A DNA stretch of 64,000 nt. It comes from an uncultured delta proteobacterium. GTDB lineage: Bacteria > Desulfobacterota > Syntrophia > Syntrophales > Fen-1087. The stretch spans positions 104,710 to 168,709 of the forward strand of contig CAVPSX010000011.1 in assembly GCA_963708515.1 (NCBI GenBank). The letters run 5' to 3'. Position numbers and translations under genes: made by a program. Below, one piece after another: positions 1 to 9,959 of this stretch. The first letter of the stretch is position 1. The number at the start of each line of letters is the position of its first letter. The notes beneath the pieces were generated by a model. It was not told where the DNA came from and did no database searches. It was given only the letters and a program-made list of their open reading frames with translations.

Positions 1-151
1 GCGGGCAGACATCTTTTGCCTGCCACCACCAGGACAGATTATTCTGACATTCTCTTCCGTTCATCATCCGCCTCATTTTAACTTTTGCATTCCATAACAC
101 AAACAAAAAACGCATGTCAAGCCAAAACTTGTTGAAACCGCAAAAATAATT

Positions 152-1354
152 TTAGATTTCTATGTTTGACAACAGGCCTTTGTGCCGCCTGTACCAGAGG
201 TTCGGAAACAGATAGTAAAAAAACCGCGAAACCGGTCCGATGAATTCCCGGGTCCGCCGGTCAAACTGGCAGGCCTGGATAATGATCTCCCGAATGTCAT
301 TCCGGGTGTTCCCCTCGTTGAAAATCTTGTAGGCGCAGTGAAAAAGGGGGCTGTACATGTTCTTTTTTTCCAAGTACTTGTTGACGTTGCGGATGGTATT
401 CGGCCCTTCCGGCGTCCCGTCGATCCGTTCCAGCACCTTGAGATTGGTTTCAATGGGATTGCCTGTGAGCAGCTCATAATAAAGTTTACCATAGCGGTAA
501 TTCTTGCTGGCCTCCGACGAAACAGTCACATACATGTCGCCGACCCCGGCCTGAGAGTGAAAGGCCTGAAAACTGCCGCCCAGCAATCTGGAAAGGGAGC
601 GGATTTCCACACCTGATCTCGCAAAAATTGTTCCCGGAATGGAATCCCCCAGCATGAGCGAATCGGTGAGCCCTTTGATATTGGCGACGATGTTCTTCAG
701 CGAGCCGCAGGCCTCCACACCGACAATGTCAAAATTATAATAGACGCTGAGTTCCCGGCGGTTATAGCGGATGAGTTCATCCCGAAAGAGGGCGGATATC
801 TTTTTTTCCCCGGCAACGGTGACACAGATCGGATTTCCCATGGCAATATCCACATCAAAGAAGGGCCCGCCTACGCAGGCGATGTGATACTTGTGCCGGA
901 TGTTGAATAAATGGCTCCTGATCAACTGCGACGGCGTGATCAGTTCTTTTGTGATTTCATCGGCCATGAGCCCCTTAATCGGTGTAATCAGGCAGGTATC
1001 GCCCACCTTTTTCTCCAGCAGCGGTTTCAGATAGTTCAAGAACTCAGGAAGGCGCGGCATGGTCAGGCAAAGCAGGATCAAATCGTGGTCTTCCACGATG
1101 CGCTCCAGATTGTTTGTCGCCGTTACACTGGGCGGCAGCAGCGGCACGCGGTCCATCCCGCCCAGTTTCCTGGCCAGATCCTGGGTCAGGTGCCTCGGAT
1201 TGAGATGCTCTTTGTTGATCTCCCGGCAGACGGCTGCATCGTGATAATAAATGGTCACGCGTTTATGATCGCGCCCGAACTTATAGGCAAAAGACGTCCC
1301 GAGCCGGCCGGGACCGATAATGGCGATGCGACTGGTATCCAGTTCTGAAATCAT
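152..1354 (-). CDS. gpsA: NAD(P)H-dependent glycerol-3-phosphate dehydrogenase family protein (divergent)
   Basis: Rossmann motif IIGPGRLG, GVEACGSLKN, GVGDMYVT and PEG motifs typical of GpsA. Confidence 0.75.
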   Translation of the reverse strand: MISELDTSRIAIIGPGRLGTSFAYKFGRDHKRVTIYYHDAAVCREINKEHLNPRHLTQDLARKLGGMDRVPLLPPSVTATNNLERIVEDHDLILLCLTMPRLPEFLNYLKPLLEKKVGDTCLITPIKGLMADEITKELITPSQLIRSHLFNIRHKYHIACVGGPFFDVDIAMGNPICVTVAGEKKISALFRDELIRYNRRELSVYYNFDIVGVEACGSLKNIVANIKGLTDSLMLGDSIPGTIFARSGVEIRSLSRLLGGSFQAFHSQAGVGDMYVTVSSEASKNYRYGKLYYELLTGNPIETNLKVLERIDGTPEGPNTIRNVNKYLEKKNMYSPLFHCAYKIFNEGNTRNDIREIIIQACQFDRRTREFIGPVSRFFYYLFPNLWYRRHKGLLSNIEI

Positions 1355-1412
1355 AAGCAAAATTTTTCTGATTCACGATGTCCGCACGGGCAGAAACCTT
1401 AAAAGTCCGGGC

Positions 1413-1441
1413 AGTATAGGAAAGCAAGGACCCGGTGTCAA
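1413..1441 (-). promoter_or_regulatory. sigma70-type promoter for the gpsA-like gene
   Basis: Minus strand reads TTGACA-17 nt-TATACT, about 60 nt upstream of the start. Confidence 0.7.
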
Positions 1442-1491
1442 GTAAAAATGAAAAATATCCAAATATTTCATTGACATGGGATTACTAATCG

Positions 1492-2349
1492 TTACCGTGA
1501 CGATGACATTTCAGGTTTTGTCATAGCCAGGATAAACCGGGTCATCTCCGCCAGGACCCTATCCCGGGCCTGATGGTGTGGTACATGACCGCAGTCTGTT
1601 AAAATCAAGGATTCGGCCGGACCGGAAACCCCGTTCACGATGGCCTCGACCTGCGCGGGCGTCCCGTACTCATCGTCCCGTCCTTGGATCGCCAGAACCG
1701 GGCAACGGACGCCGGGCAGGTATTTCTCGATGTTCCAGTCCCGGAAAGCCGGGGAAAGCCAGGTTTCCGACCAGCCCCGGAAAGCCGCCTCGGCATTGAT
1801 TCCGTGATACTTTGAGAACTTTTCCCGGAGGTCTGTCGAATCGTACAGGCTGACGGCCGCGCGAATCCCTGTCAATGTGACTTCTTCAACGAAGACATGA
1901 GCCGCTTCTGTAATAATGCCCCGAACTTTTTCAGGCCATACAGCCGCAAAGATCAGGGCGATTGTACCGCCGTCACTGTGACCGATCAGAATGGCGTCGT
2001 CGATCTGTAACCGCCGCAGGACTTCCGGAAGGCTCTGCAGGGCTTCCTCTTGGAGATAATTCACTGAGCGGGGGCCGTCCAGCGGATCGGCGTTTCCATG
2101 ACCACCGCGCTCATAAACGACGGCGGGCAGATGGACGGCGAGACTGACCGCCAGCGGAAAATCGCGCCACTGAGCGATACTGCCAAGTCCCTCATGGAGA
2201 AAAACCAGTTTCGTACGGAGCACATCCGTCGAAAGCGGAACCGGTTCGATGACTACAACCGGAAGCCGGTAATGGCCGTCATGGATGTTCAATATGCGGT
2301 GCACCGCATTATCCGGCGCCGCTGGAAGAGAAGCGTTTTGATCGCTCAT
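1492..2349 (-). CDS. alpha/beta fold hydrolase
   Basis: LHEGLG oxyanion motif, GHSDGG nucleophile elbow, QGRDDEY and GHVPH triad residues. Confidence 0.9.
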   Translation of the reverse strand: MSDQNASLPAAPDNAVHRILNIHDGHYRLPVVVIEPVPLSTDVLRTKLVFLHEGLGSIAQWRDFPLAVSLAVHLPAVVYERGGHGNADPLDGPRSVNYLQEEALQSLPEVLRRLQIDDAILIGHSDGGTIALIFAAVWPEKVRGIITEAAHVFVEEVTLTGIRAAVSLYDSTDLREKFSKYHGINAEAAFRGWSETWLSPAFRDWNIEKYLPGVRCPVLAIQGRDDEYGTPAQVEAIVNGVSGPAESLILTDCGHVPHHQARDRVLAEMTRFILAMTKPEMSSSR

Positions 2350-2462
2350 TTACTGATCCTAAGTTCGCTTGACAAAGCATTGATTTTTCGTTTAGATTGC
2401 AGTCGCGCATCGAATATGACAAAGTCCGTGGAAAAATCAAGCACCATAAAAGGGAGCTGTTC

Positions 2463-3152
2463 ATGCCACCTTCAGAAGCAAAAGTAAAAGAAGAAGTCTC
2501 CTATTATGAAAAGGGGCAAATCAAGGAGAAAAAGCAGTCCCTGGCCGGAAAGACCCACGGTGAATATCTCTCATACTTCGGCAACGGTCAGGTCATGGCC
2601 CGGCTTTATTTCGTCAATGGTGTCCGCGAAGGAGAAGCCGTATCTTATTACAAAGACGGACAAATTCGGGAAAAGGGAACATATCGAAACAATAAATTCG
2701 AAGGTGAATATACAAATTATTATGAAGACGGCCAGCTCAGGGAACGGGAATTCTACCGGGATGGCAAACTGGACGGCGAGTATCTGTTCCATTACCGCAA
2801 CGGGCAAATCAGGGATAAGGAATTCTACCAGGACGGAAAGCTGCATGGCGAGTACCTGTCCTTTTTCAAAAACAGCCAAATCAAGGAAAAGGGGGCCTTC
2901 CTCAACGACCGGCGCGAGGGCGAATATGTCGCCTATTACCGCAACGGCCGAATCCGGGAAACGGTAACCTATGAAAACGGCAAGCTCAAGGGAAAATTTC
3001 TGTGTTACGATGAATCGGGACAGCCTGTCCGCGTGAAGGATAAGGATAATATCGAAGACTCCTCTGAAATAGAGGATAATGCGGAAGATAAGAAAAAAAG
3101 GATTGACGACCTGCTGACGAGTCTCGGGAACTTTGAAAAAAAGACGGATTGA
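2463..3152 (+). CDS. MORN-variant repeat protein (YwqK antitoxin-like)
   Basis: About seven ~24-aa repeats of the G-E-Y-x-x-Y-Y-x-N-G-Q-I type; GGGAG SD upstream of ATG 2463. Confidence 0.85.
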   Translation: MPPSEAKVKEEVSYYEKGQIKEKKQSLAGKTHGEYLSYFGNGQVMARLYFVNGVREGEAVSYYKDGQIREKGTYRNNKFEGEYTNYYEDGQLREREFYRDGKLDGEYLFHYRNGQIRDKEFYQDGKLHGEYLSFFKNSQIKEKGAFLNDRREGEYVAYYRNGRIRETVTYENGKLKGKFLCYDESGQPVRVKDKDNIEDSSEIEDNAEDKKKRIDDLLTSLGNFEKKTD

Positions 3153-3162
3153 CGCGACGGTC

Positions 3163-3287
3163 ATTCCATTTCTAAATCAAAGATGATATCGAAGCGGCAA
3201 GGAGGAGGCGACGAGGCGTATTGTACATACGTCGAGGAAGCCGACGACGCAGCCAACAAAGATGGCGCTTTTATTTAGGAAAGGAAT
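3163..3287. repeat. 125-bp MITE/REP-like palindromic intergenic element
   Basis: Terminal inverted repeats ATTCCATTTCTAAAT / ATTTAGGAAAGGAAT (13/15) and an internal hairpin GGCGTAT-TGTAC-ATACGTC. Confidence 0.6.
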
Positions 3288-3307
3288 CACATCATGAAGG
3301 AGGCCTT

Positions 3308-4147
3308 ATGGTCAAGACAATCCTCATCCCCACGGATGGCTCCGAATACGGCCGGACGGCCATCGATTTCGGTATCTATATCGCGAAAAAACTGGAAGCG
3401 CAACTCATCGGGCTACATGTCATCGATATCGGGCTCATGCACGGGACGGTCTTCAGCGATATCTCCGGTTCTATTGGCCTGCCGCCCTATCAGGAATTTC
3501 TCCCCGTGATCGAAGCGGGACTGGATGGACGAGCCGAAACGGTATTGAAAGCCTTTCGGGAGCGCTGCGAGGCCGCGGGATTGCATCCGGAGACCATCAA
3601 GGCCGTCGGTGTCATCGACGAAACCATTATCGAAGAAGGCAAGAAGACGGATTGGATTATGCTGGCTCAGCGCGGTGAAAACTTTCATCTTGCCAAAGGC
3701 GGGATCCTGGGTTCCACGGCGGAACTGGTCGTCCGAAACTCTGGAAAGCCGGTTATGGTGACGCCCAAGACCTATCAGAATATCGAAAGCATGGCCCTGG
3801 CATATGACGGTTCGCCCCCGGCTCATAATGCCCTGAAGCTTGCCGTAAACCTTTCGGAGAAAGCCGCCTGGCCCCTGACGATTATCTGCATCACCGACAA
3901 TCAGGCCGTTGCCGACCGGCTCCATGAAAAAATCGAAGCCACCCTTGAACCCTTCCAGATCGACTGTGAAACGATCGTCATCCGGGGCAAGGAAAGCCGG
4001 GAGCTCATTAAATTCATTGAGGAAGATTCTGTCGAACTGCTTGTCATGGGCGCCTACGGCCACAACCGGCTGCGGCAACTGCTGGTGGGCAGCACGACAT
4101 CCGATGTCATCCGCAGGACTAAGATCCCTGTCCTGCTGACGCGCTAA
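3308..4147 (+). CDS. universal stress protein (two USP domains)
   Basis: ILIPTDGS, ILGSTAE, LAYDGS and MGAYGH..LVGSTT motifs; GGAGG SD before ATG 3308. Confidence 0.92.
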   Translation: MVKTILIPTDGSEYGRTAIDFGIYIAKKLEAQLIGLHVIDIGLMHGTVFSDISGSIGLPPYQEFLPVIEAGLDGRAETVLKAFRERCEAAGLHPETIKAVGVIDETIIEEGKKTDWIMLAQRGENFHLAKGGILGSTAELVVRNSGKPVMVTPKTYQNIESMALAYDGSPPAHNALKLAVNLSEKAAWPLTIICITDNQAVADRLHEKIEATLEPFQIDCETIVIRGKESRELIKFIEEDSVELLVMGAYGHNRLRQLLVGSTTSDVIRRTKIPVLLTR

Positions 4148-4914
4148 ATGCCCTCCCCTTTGATGAGAGCGCCGAGTTCCGCCAGGACGTCATGCCGCGT
4201 CAGATCATAGTAAACCGGCGTAATCGTCACCATGCCCCGTCGCAGCGCGCAGGCGTCGGCTTGCGAATCTTCACGATCGGAAAGCTGCGTCTCTCCGGTC
4301 AGCCAGTAATAGATGTTCTCGCGCGGATCCACGCGCCTTTCATAGCTTTCGATCAATCGCGCCCGTCCCTGTCTGGCGACCACCACCCCCTTGATCTCGC
4401 TTTCGGGAAGCGCCGGAACGTTGATGTTCATGGGAATATGTTTCAGGGGGTGATCCTTCAGCAGAAAGGCCGCCATTTTCCTTGCGAATTTTGCCGCAAC
4501 GGTGAAATCCGCATTGCCGTCGTAGGAATCGAGTGAAACAGCCATGGACGGCACGCCCATGATGGCCCCTTCCGTGGCCGCTGAAACCGTACCGGAATAA
4601 ATCACGTTGATCCCCACATTGGCTCCCCGGTTGATCCCGGAGACCACGAGGTCCACGGGCCTGTCCGACAGTTCCCGGATGCCGATTTTGACGCAGTCCG
4701 CCGGCGTTCCGGCCACGGCATAGCCCAAGAAATGGCCGTTCTTTCTGGCCGGTCGGACCATCAGGGGACGGAAGATGGTGATGGCGTGGCCCACGGCGCT
4801 CTGTTCAACTTCAGGTGCGACGATCAGACAGTCCGCATCCTTCGACAGTTCCTGAGACAGGGCGCTCAAACCTTTCGCGTAAATGCCGTCATCATTGGTC
4901 AAAAGAAATCGCAT
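4144..4914 (-). CDS. surE: 5'/3'-nucleotidase SurE
   Basis: LLTNDDG, GTPADCV, SGINRGANVG..YSGT. Confidence 0.97.
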   Translation of the reverse strand: MRFLLTNDDGIYAKGLSALSQELSKDADCLIVAPEVEQSAVGHAITIFRPLMVRPARKNGHFLGYAVAGTPADCVKIGIRELSDRPVDLVVSGINRGANVGINVIYSGTVSAATEGAIMGVPSMAVSLDSYDGNADFTVAAKFARKMAAFLLKDHPLKHIPMNINVPALPESEIKGVVVARQGRARLIESYERRVDPRENIYYWLTGETQLSDREDSQADACALRRGMVTITPVYYDLTRHDVLAELGALIKGEGI

Positions 4915-4923
4915 ATTTTGCCC

Positions 4924-5523
4924 TCAATAAAGGTCCTTGATATAATTCAGCGTTTCTTCGGCAATAGCAGGCGAATCAATCAGTACGGACAGCTCGTTGT
5001 TATGTTTGAGCGCCGACTGCGTGAGGTTGTGGCTGCCGATGAAGGTGTAACGCCCGTCAATGACTGCAAGCTTGGTATGCGTCGTCTTTTTCGGCGCGTC
5101 AAAATAAACCTCCACGCCGGCCTTTTTCAGTCGCTCGGACGCGTTCCGATTATCACGGTTGACGGACGAGTCCGTTTTTGCATCCTGCTCCAGCACGACG
5201 ATCACCCGGACGCCCCGCCGGGCGGCGTCATCCAGTTCCTTGAGCAGAATTTCCGGACAACTCTTGGGACGCCCGTTGGTCTTGAAGAGAAAAAAAGCCA
5301 TGACAATCTTCGTACGGGCATCCTGGATTCTTTCCGACAGGGCATGAAAATACGCCTTGTTCTTAAGCAGCGTCAGGGGACAGCTGTTCTGATCGATCGG
5401 CTTCTGCAAAGCCGGTTTCCGGTCCGCTGCCTCTGAAGCGAACGGCACGGACAGCGTAAAAGCAGCCATCATGGAAATGAAGAAAATGAAACATAGGATT
5501 TTTTGCACAGGCCATAGCATCAT
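4924..5523 (-). CDS. exported phospholipase D-family nuclease (single HKD motif)
   Basis: Signal-peptide-like N-terminus; HTKLAVID...GSHN...NNE. Confidence 0.85.
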   Translation of the reverse strand: MMLWPVQKILCFIFFISMMAAFTLSVPFASEAADRKPALQKPIDQNSCPLTLLKNKAYFHALSERIQDARTKIVMAFFLFKTNGRPKSCPEILLKELDDAARRGVRVIVVLEQDAKTDSSVNRDNRNASERLKKAGVEVYFDAPKKTTHTKLAVIDGRYTFIGSHNLTQSALKHNNELSVLIDSPAIAEETLNYIKDLY

Positions 5524-5659
5524 TTATCACCTCTGATTGCCCCATATCAAATAATAACATTTTTTTAAATCGACTTTTCGACCCTGACTGCAATCCGGCG
5601 ACATCCTCACCGTTCCCACCTCACGAGGGCGGGGCCAGCGGGATCGCCGCATGCATCGA

Positions 5660-7237
5660 TCAATCCATCTGCCGGGCGGCGCGGATGCCGTCGAGGGCCG
5701 AACTGATGATGCCTCCGGCGTAGCCCGACCCTTCGCCGCAGGGGTAGATGCCCGCGACCGTGACGCTCTGGCCGTCAGGGCCCCTTGAAATCCTGACCGG
5801 CGAAGATGTCCGGGTTTCAACGCCGATCAAATGCGCCTCCGTCGAAGCAAAACCCGGCATTTTCCGCTCGAAGAGCCGGAATCCTTTTTTGAGCGCCTCC
5901 GCCACGAAGCCGGGCAGGAGATCCCGCAAGGAAGCCGCCCGGACGCCGGGCCGGAAAGTGGTCTGTCCGACCACACCGCCGGTTGCATCCTTGAGAAAAT
6001 CTGTCAGACGCTGAGCCGGGGCGCGGTAATCGCCTCCGCCTAAGACAAAGGCCCGCTCTTCCCACTGTCTGCGAAAGGCCAGACCCGCCAGCGGCGCGGC
6101 GCCGAAATCATCCACGCGGACATTGACGACCACGGCGCTGTTGGCATAAGGGCCGTCCCGCCGGGAGGCGCTCATCCCGTTCGTCACGACCCCTCCGGCC
6201 GATGCGCTGCAGCCGATGATCTGCCCGCCGGGACACATACAGAAGCTGTAAACGGAACGGTTCATGTCCTCGATGGCGGCCGTCATAAAATAATCCGCCG
6301 GCGGTAAATCGGGATGTCGACACCATTTGCCGTACTGGATCTCATTGATCAGTTCCTGCGGATGTTCCAAGCGTAGGCCCATCGCAAAGGGTTTGGGTTC
6401 CAGACGGACCCCTCTCTCCTGCAGCTTGCGGTAGGTGTCGTCGGCGCTCTGCCCGATCGCGAGGATCAGGCGCTGAGGCCGAATTTCCTCATGCTCATTG
6501 ATGACTATGCCGACGATACGCTCCCGGTGTATCAGAAAATCGGTCACCCTGGCCTCAAATCTGACTTCAGCTCCGAGCTCGACGAGCTTTTCTCTCAGAC
6601 GGACTACCACCGCGCGCAGTCTGTCCGTTCCGATATGCGGACGGGCGTCCGTCAGAATGTCGGCAGGGGCGCCCAGTTCCACCAGTATGTTTTTGACCCG
6701 GGCGGTCAAGGGATTTTTGACCCGGGATGTGAGCTTGCCGTCGGAAAAGGTTCCCGCGCCGCCCTCGCCGAAATGGACGTTGCTTTCAGGATTCAACCGG
6801 CCTTCCTCCCAGAAGCGGTTCACGTCAGGCACGCGCTGAGCCACGCTTTTCCCACGTTCCAGCAGAAGCGGCGGCATGCCGCTTTCAGCCAGCGACAAGG
6901 CCGCAAAAAGACCCGCCGGGCCGCAGCCGATCACAACCGGCCTCAACCCGGACTTCAAACGAGGGTTTGAAAATGACGCCGGCTTGTCTTGCGATAATCG
7001 CCTGACCGTCACGCCTCCGGCCGGCGTTTCCGTCCAGGCAGTCTCATCGTGCAGCGAGACTTCAACCACATAAATAAAACGGGGCGGACGGCGCCGCCGG
7101 GCGTCGATGGACCGCCGAATGATACACAAGGATTCAATGTTCTCAGCCTGCACGCCGAGGATTGCAGCGGCTTTTCCCGGAAGGACGCCCTCCCCTTCCT
7201 CCAGTGAAACCGCTATGCCCGATATTTCCAGTACCAC
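5660..7237 (-). CDS. uncharacterised FAD-dependent dehydrogenase (NAD(P)/FAD oxidoreductase)
   Basis: IGCGPAG, FGEGGAGTFSDGKL, FCMCPGG, ETRTSSP, GEGSGYAGGI. Confidence 0.9.
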   Translation of the reverse strand: MVLEISGIAVSLEEGEGVLPGKAAAILGVQAENIESLCIIRRSIDARRRRPPRFIYVVEVSLHDETAWTETPAGGVTVRRLSQDKPASFSNPRLKSGLRPVVIGCGPAGLFAALSLAESGMPPLLLERGKSVAQRVPDVNRFWEEGRLNPESNVHFGEGGAGTFSDGKLTSRVKNPLTARVKNILVELGAPADILTDARPHIGTDRLRAVVVRLREKLVELGAEVRFEARVTDFLIHRERIVGIVINEHEEIRPQRLILAIGQSADDTYRKLQERGVRLEPKPFAMGLRLEHPQELINEIQYGKWCRHPDLPPADYFMTAAIEDMNRSVYSFCMCPGGQIIGCSASAGGVVTNGMSASRRDGPYANSAVVVNVRVDDFGAAPLAGLAFRRQWEERAFVLGGGDYRAPAQRLTDFLKDATGGVVGQTTFRPGVRAASLRDLLPGFVAEALKKGFRLFERKMPGFASTEAHLIGVETRTSSPVRISRGPDGQSVTVAGIYPCGEGSGYAGGIISSALDGIRAARQMD

Positions 7238-7303
7238 TCCAAATCCTTATTGATAAAAAACGGCCGCTGGTATAAACATCACGCAAAAAAACAGGAAAGA
7301 CCC

Positions 7304-7807
7304 ATGCCCTGGTACGCCGTCCATACAAGAAGCCGTCACGAGGAGCGATCGCACACGCTGCTCCTGCAGAAGTCCATCCATTCCTTCTTACCGAAGATCG
7401 AAGCCTGGAGCAAGCGGAAAGACAGGCGCAAGAAGATCATGATCCCCATGTTTCCGGGATACCTGTTTGTGGAATCGGCAAACCTCGATAATTACGTCAA
7501 GCTGGACATTCTCAAGACCTTCGGCGTCGTCCAGATCCTGGGAAAAGCCAGGGGGGCCGAACCGATTCCGGTGCCGGACGAGAAGATCGATGCGATACGG
7601 CGCATCATTGAATCCCGGGTCGAGGTCCAGCAACTGCAGTATCCGAAGGTCGGCGAGCCTGCGCGCATCATGGACGGCCCGTTCAAGGGCGTCGAGGGAC
7701 TTGTGATCAGCACGGACTACGCAAAGGAACTTTTTGTCATCTCCATTGATCTGCTGCAGCGATCCGTCGCGATCAAGTTAGAGGGGTTCCAGATCGCCAG
7801 AATCTAA
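7304..7807 (+). CDS. UpxY/RfaH-like NusG-paralog transcription antiterminator
   Basis: WYAVHTRSRHE, PMFPGYLFV, KOW motif IMDGPFKGVEG. Confidence 0.9.
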   Translation: MPWYAVHTRSRHEERSHTLLLQKSIHSFLPKIEAWSKRKDRRKKIMIPMFPGYLFVESANLDNYVKLDILKTFGVVQILGKARGAEPIPVPDEKIDAIRRIIESRVEVQQLQYPKVGEPARIMDGPFKGVEGLVISTDYAKELFVISIDLLQRSVAIKLEGFQIARI

Positions 7808-7897
7808 ATTTTAACCTTGACATTCTTCATGATTTGCGTAAGAAGGGCCGGGCGGGTTCGAAGACCGCCTGAATGTTTAGAAGGAACGATAACCCCA

Positions 7898-8110
7898 TTG
7901 AAAAAAGGCCGGATCATCATCGATTTTGAACGCTGCAAGGAATGCCACCTCTGCATCTACGCCTGTAAAGACGGGCATATCCATCCCGCCTCTGATTATA
8001 ATTCCAAGGGCTACCGCCCTGTCGTTTATTGCGGCGGAGAAGACTGCACGGGCTGCACGTTGTGCGCCATCACCTGCCCGGAAATCGCCATCGAGGTTTA
8101 CCGTGGATAA
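7898..8110 (+). CDS. 2-oxoacid:ferredoxin oxidoreductase delta subunit (2x[4Fe-4S])
   Basis: CKECHLC..C and CTGCTLC...CP; TTG start after AAGGA; overlaps the alpha subunit start. Confidence 0.88.
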   Translation: MKKGRIIIDFERCKECHLCIYACKDGHIHPASDYNSKGYRPVVYCGGEDCTGCTLCAITCPEIAIEVYRG

Positions 8111-9176
8111 GATCCTGATGCAGGGCAACCGGGTCATCGGTGAAGCGGCCATCCGGGCCGGATGCCGCTTTTACGCCGGATATCCCATTACCCCCCAGAA
8201 TGAGCTCACGGAATACATGGCCGAAAATCTCCGTAAAGTGGAAGGGGGAACCTTCATCCAGGCGGAAAGCGAAATCGCCGCGATCAATATGGTCCTGGGG
8301 GCTTCTGCCGCCGGCGCACGGGCCATGACGTCCTCTTCCAGCCCCGGTATTTCCCTGAAACAGGAAGGCATCTCCGCGCTGGCCGCCGACGAACTTCCCG
8401 CCGTGATCGTCAATATCATGCGAGGCGGGCCCGGCCTCGGGAATATTCTACCCGCCCAGGGAGACTACTTTCAGGCCACGCGAGGCGGCGGACACGGGGA
8501 CTACCGGACCATTGTCCTGGCGCCTGCCTCCGTGCAGGAGCTGGCCGACCTCACGATGGACGCCTTTGATCTGGCCGATCGCTACCGCACCCCGGTGATG
8601 ATCCTGGCGGACGCTATGATCGGACAAATGATGGAACCCCTCGTCTTCAAGACGCCTGAACCGAGACAGTACGACGACGGCTATATTCTGAGAGGCGCGG
8701 GTCAGGGCCGGAGCCGATTCATCCGGGGGCTTATCCTGGACGCCATCCGCATGGAAGAGCACAACTGGAAACTCTACCGGAAATATCAGGTCATCACAAA
8801 AAAGGAAGTCCGTCATGAAACCTTTAAAACAGACGATGCCGACGTGCTGATCGTGGCCTACGGCACTGCCGCCCGCATCGCGAAGGGCGCCATCAAACGC
8901 TGCCGGGAAATGGGCATCCGGGTTGGACTGATCCGCCCCATCACGCTCTGGCCTTATCCTGCCGACGTGATCAAGCGTTTTTCAGAAAAGGTCGAAACAT
9001 TCATTGTTTTCGAGATGAGCACCGGCCAGATGCTGGAAGATGTCCGGCTCGCCCTGGGCGGCGCCGGGATCATCCATTTTTACGGAAGGCCCGGCGGGGT
9101 GATTCCAACCCCTGTGGAACTGGCCAGATTCATTGAACATCATACGAAAAATTCTTGGGACCGCGGATCACAGTAA
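8103..9176 (+). CDS. vorB: 2-oxoacid (2-ketoisovalerate-type) ferredoxin oxidoreductase alpha subunit
   Basis: GYPITPQ, QAESEIAA, TSSSSPG, RGGPGLG; GTG start at 8103. Confidence 0.9.
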   Translation: MDKILMQGNRVIGEAAIRAGCRFYAGYPITPQNELTEYMAENLRKVEGGTFIQAESEIAAINMVLGASAAGARAMTSSSSPGISLKQEGISALAADELPAVIVNIMRGGPGLGNILPAQGDYFQATRGGGHGDYRTIVLAPASVQELADLTMDAFDLADRYRTPVMILADAMIGQMMEPLVFKTPEPRQYDDGYILRGAGQGRSRFIRGLILDAIRMEEHNWKLYRKYQVITKKEVRHETFKTDDADVLIVAYGTAARIAKGAIKRCREMGIRVGLIRPITLWPYPADVIKRFSEKVETFIVFEMSTGQMLEDVRLALGGAGIIHFYGRPGGVIPTPVELARFIEHHTKNSWDRGSQ

Positions 9177-9183
9177 GGGCGCG

Positions 9184-9954
9184 ATGATGAAATCGAAGAT
9201 TAATGTTTATCAAAAGATTTTTGGCAGACCCCAATATTTGAAGGAAAACATATTCCATTACTGCGCCGGCTGCGGACACAGCATTGCCCACCGTCTCATT
9301 GCGGAAGTTATCGAAGAGCTCAATATCCGGGACCGGACGATCGGGGTACCGCCCGCCGGATGCGCTGTCCTCGCCTATAACTACTTTGACATCGATATGC
9401 TGGAATCAATGCACGGCCGGGGATGCGCAGTGGCGACCGGCGTCAAGCGAACGCTGCCGGACCGCATCGTTTTCTCTTACCAGGGAGACGGGGACCTCGC
9501 GGCCATCGGCACGGCTGAGACCTTTCACGCGGCCAACCGGGGTGAAAATATTACGGTCCTCTTTATCAACAACGCCGTTTACGGCATGACGGGTGGACAG
9601 ATGGCGCCGACTACGCTGCTGGGACAGTTCTCAACCACCTCCCGGCCAACAAGAGATGCTCTCCTGGACGGGTACCCGATCCGAATGAGCGAAATCCTCT
9701 CTCATCTGGAAGGAACCAGATACATCGAGCGGTGCGCCGTCAACACACCGTCCAATATCGTCAAGGCCAAGCGGGCCATAAAAAAGGCATTCCGGTACCA
9801 GATGGACGACGTCGGCTTCACTATGGTTGAATTACTGTCGCAATGCCCCACGAACTGGAAGATGACGCCCATCGACGCCTGCCGCTGGGTCGATGAGACA
9901 ATGGCCAAGGCATTTCCCCTCGGCGTGATCAAAGATGTCAGGATAAAGGGTTGA
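9184..9954 (+). CDS. 2-oxoacid:ferredoxin oxidoreductase beta (TPP-binding) subunit
   Basis: YCAGCGH, GDGD..IG, NNAVYGMTGGQ, CPT. Confidence 0.92.
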   Translation: MMKSKINVYQKIFGRPQYLKENIFHYCAGCGHSIAHRLIAEVIEELNIRDRTIGVPPAGCAVLAYNYFDIDMLESMHGRGCAVATGVKRTLPDRIVFSYQGDGDLAAIGTAETFHAANRGENITVLFINNAVYGMTGGQMAPTTLLGQFSTTSRPTRDALLDGYPIRMSEILSHLEGTRYIERCAVNTPSNIVKAKRAIKKAFRYQMDDVGFTMVELLSQCPTNWKMTPIDACRWVDETMAKAFPLGVIKDVRIKG

Positions 9955-9959
9955 GGGTC

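Noticed and set aside
1-67. Start of a minus-strand CDS (MMNGRECQNN...) leaving the window
   Set aside because: SD and promoter-like sequence are present, but 22 codons are too few to call
2463-3152. YwqK toxin-antitoxin system
   Set aside because: No adjacent toxin; the MORN-variant repeat alone does not imply a TA system
4924-5523. PLD nuclease as an anti-phage defence gene
   Set aside because: Has an export signal and lies among housekeeping genes with no defence partners
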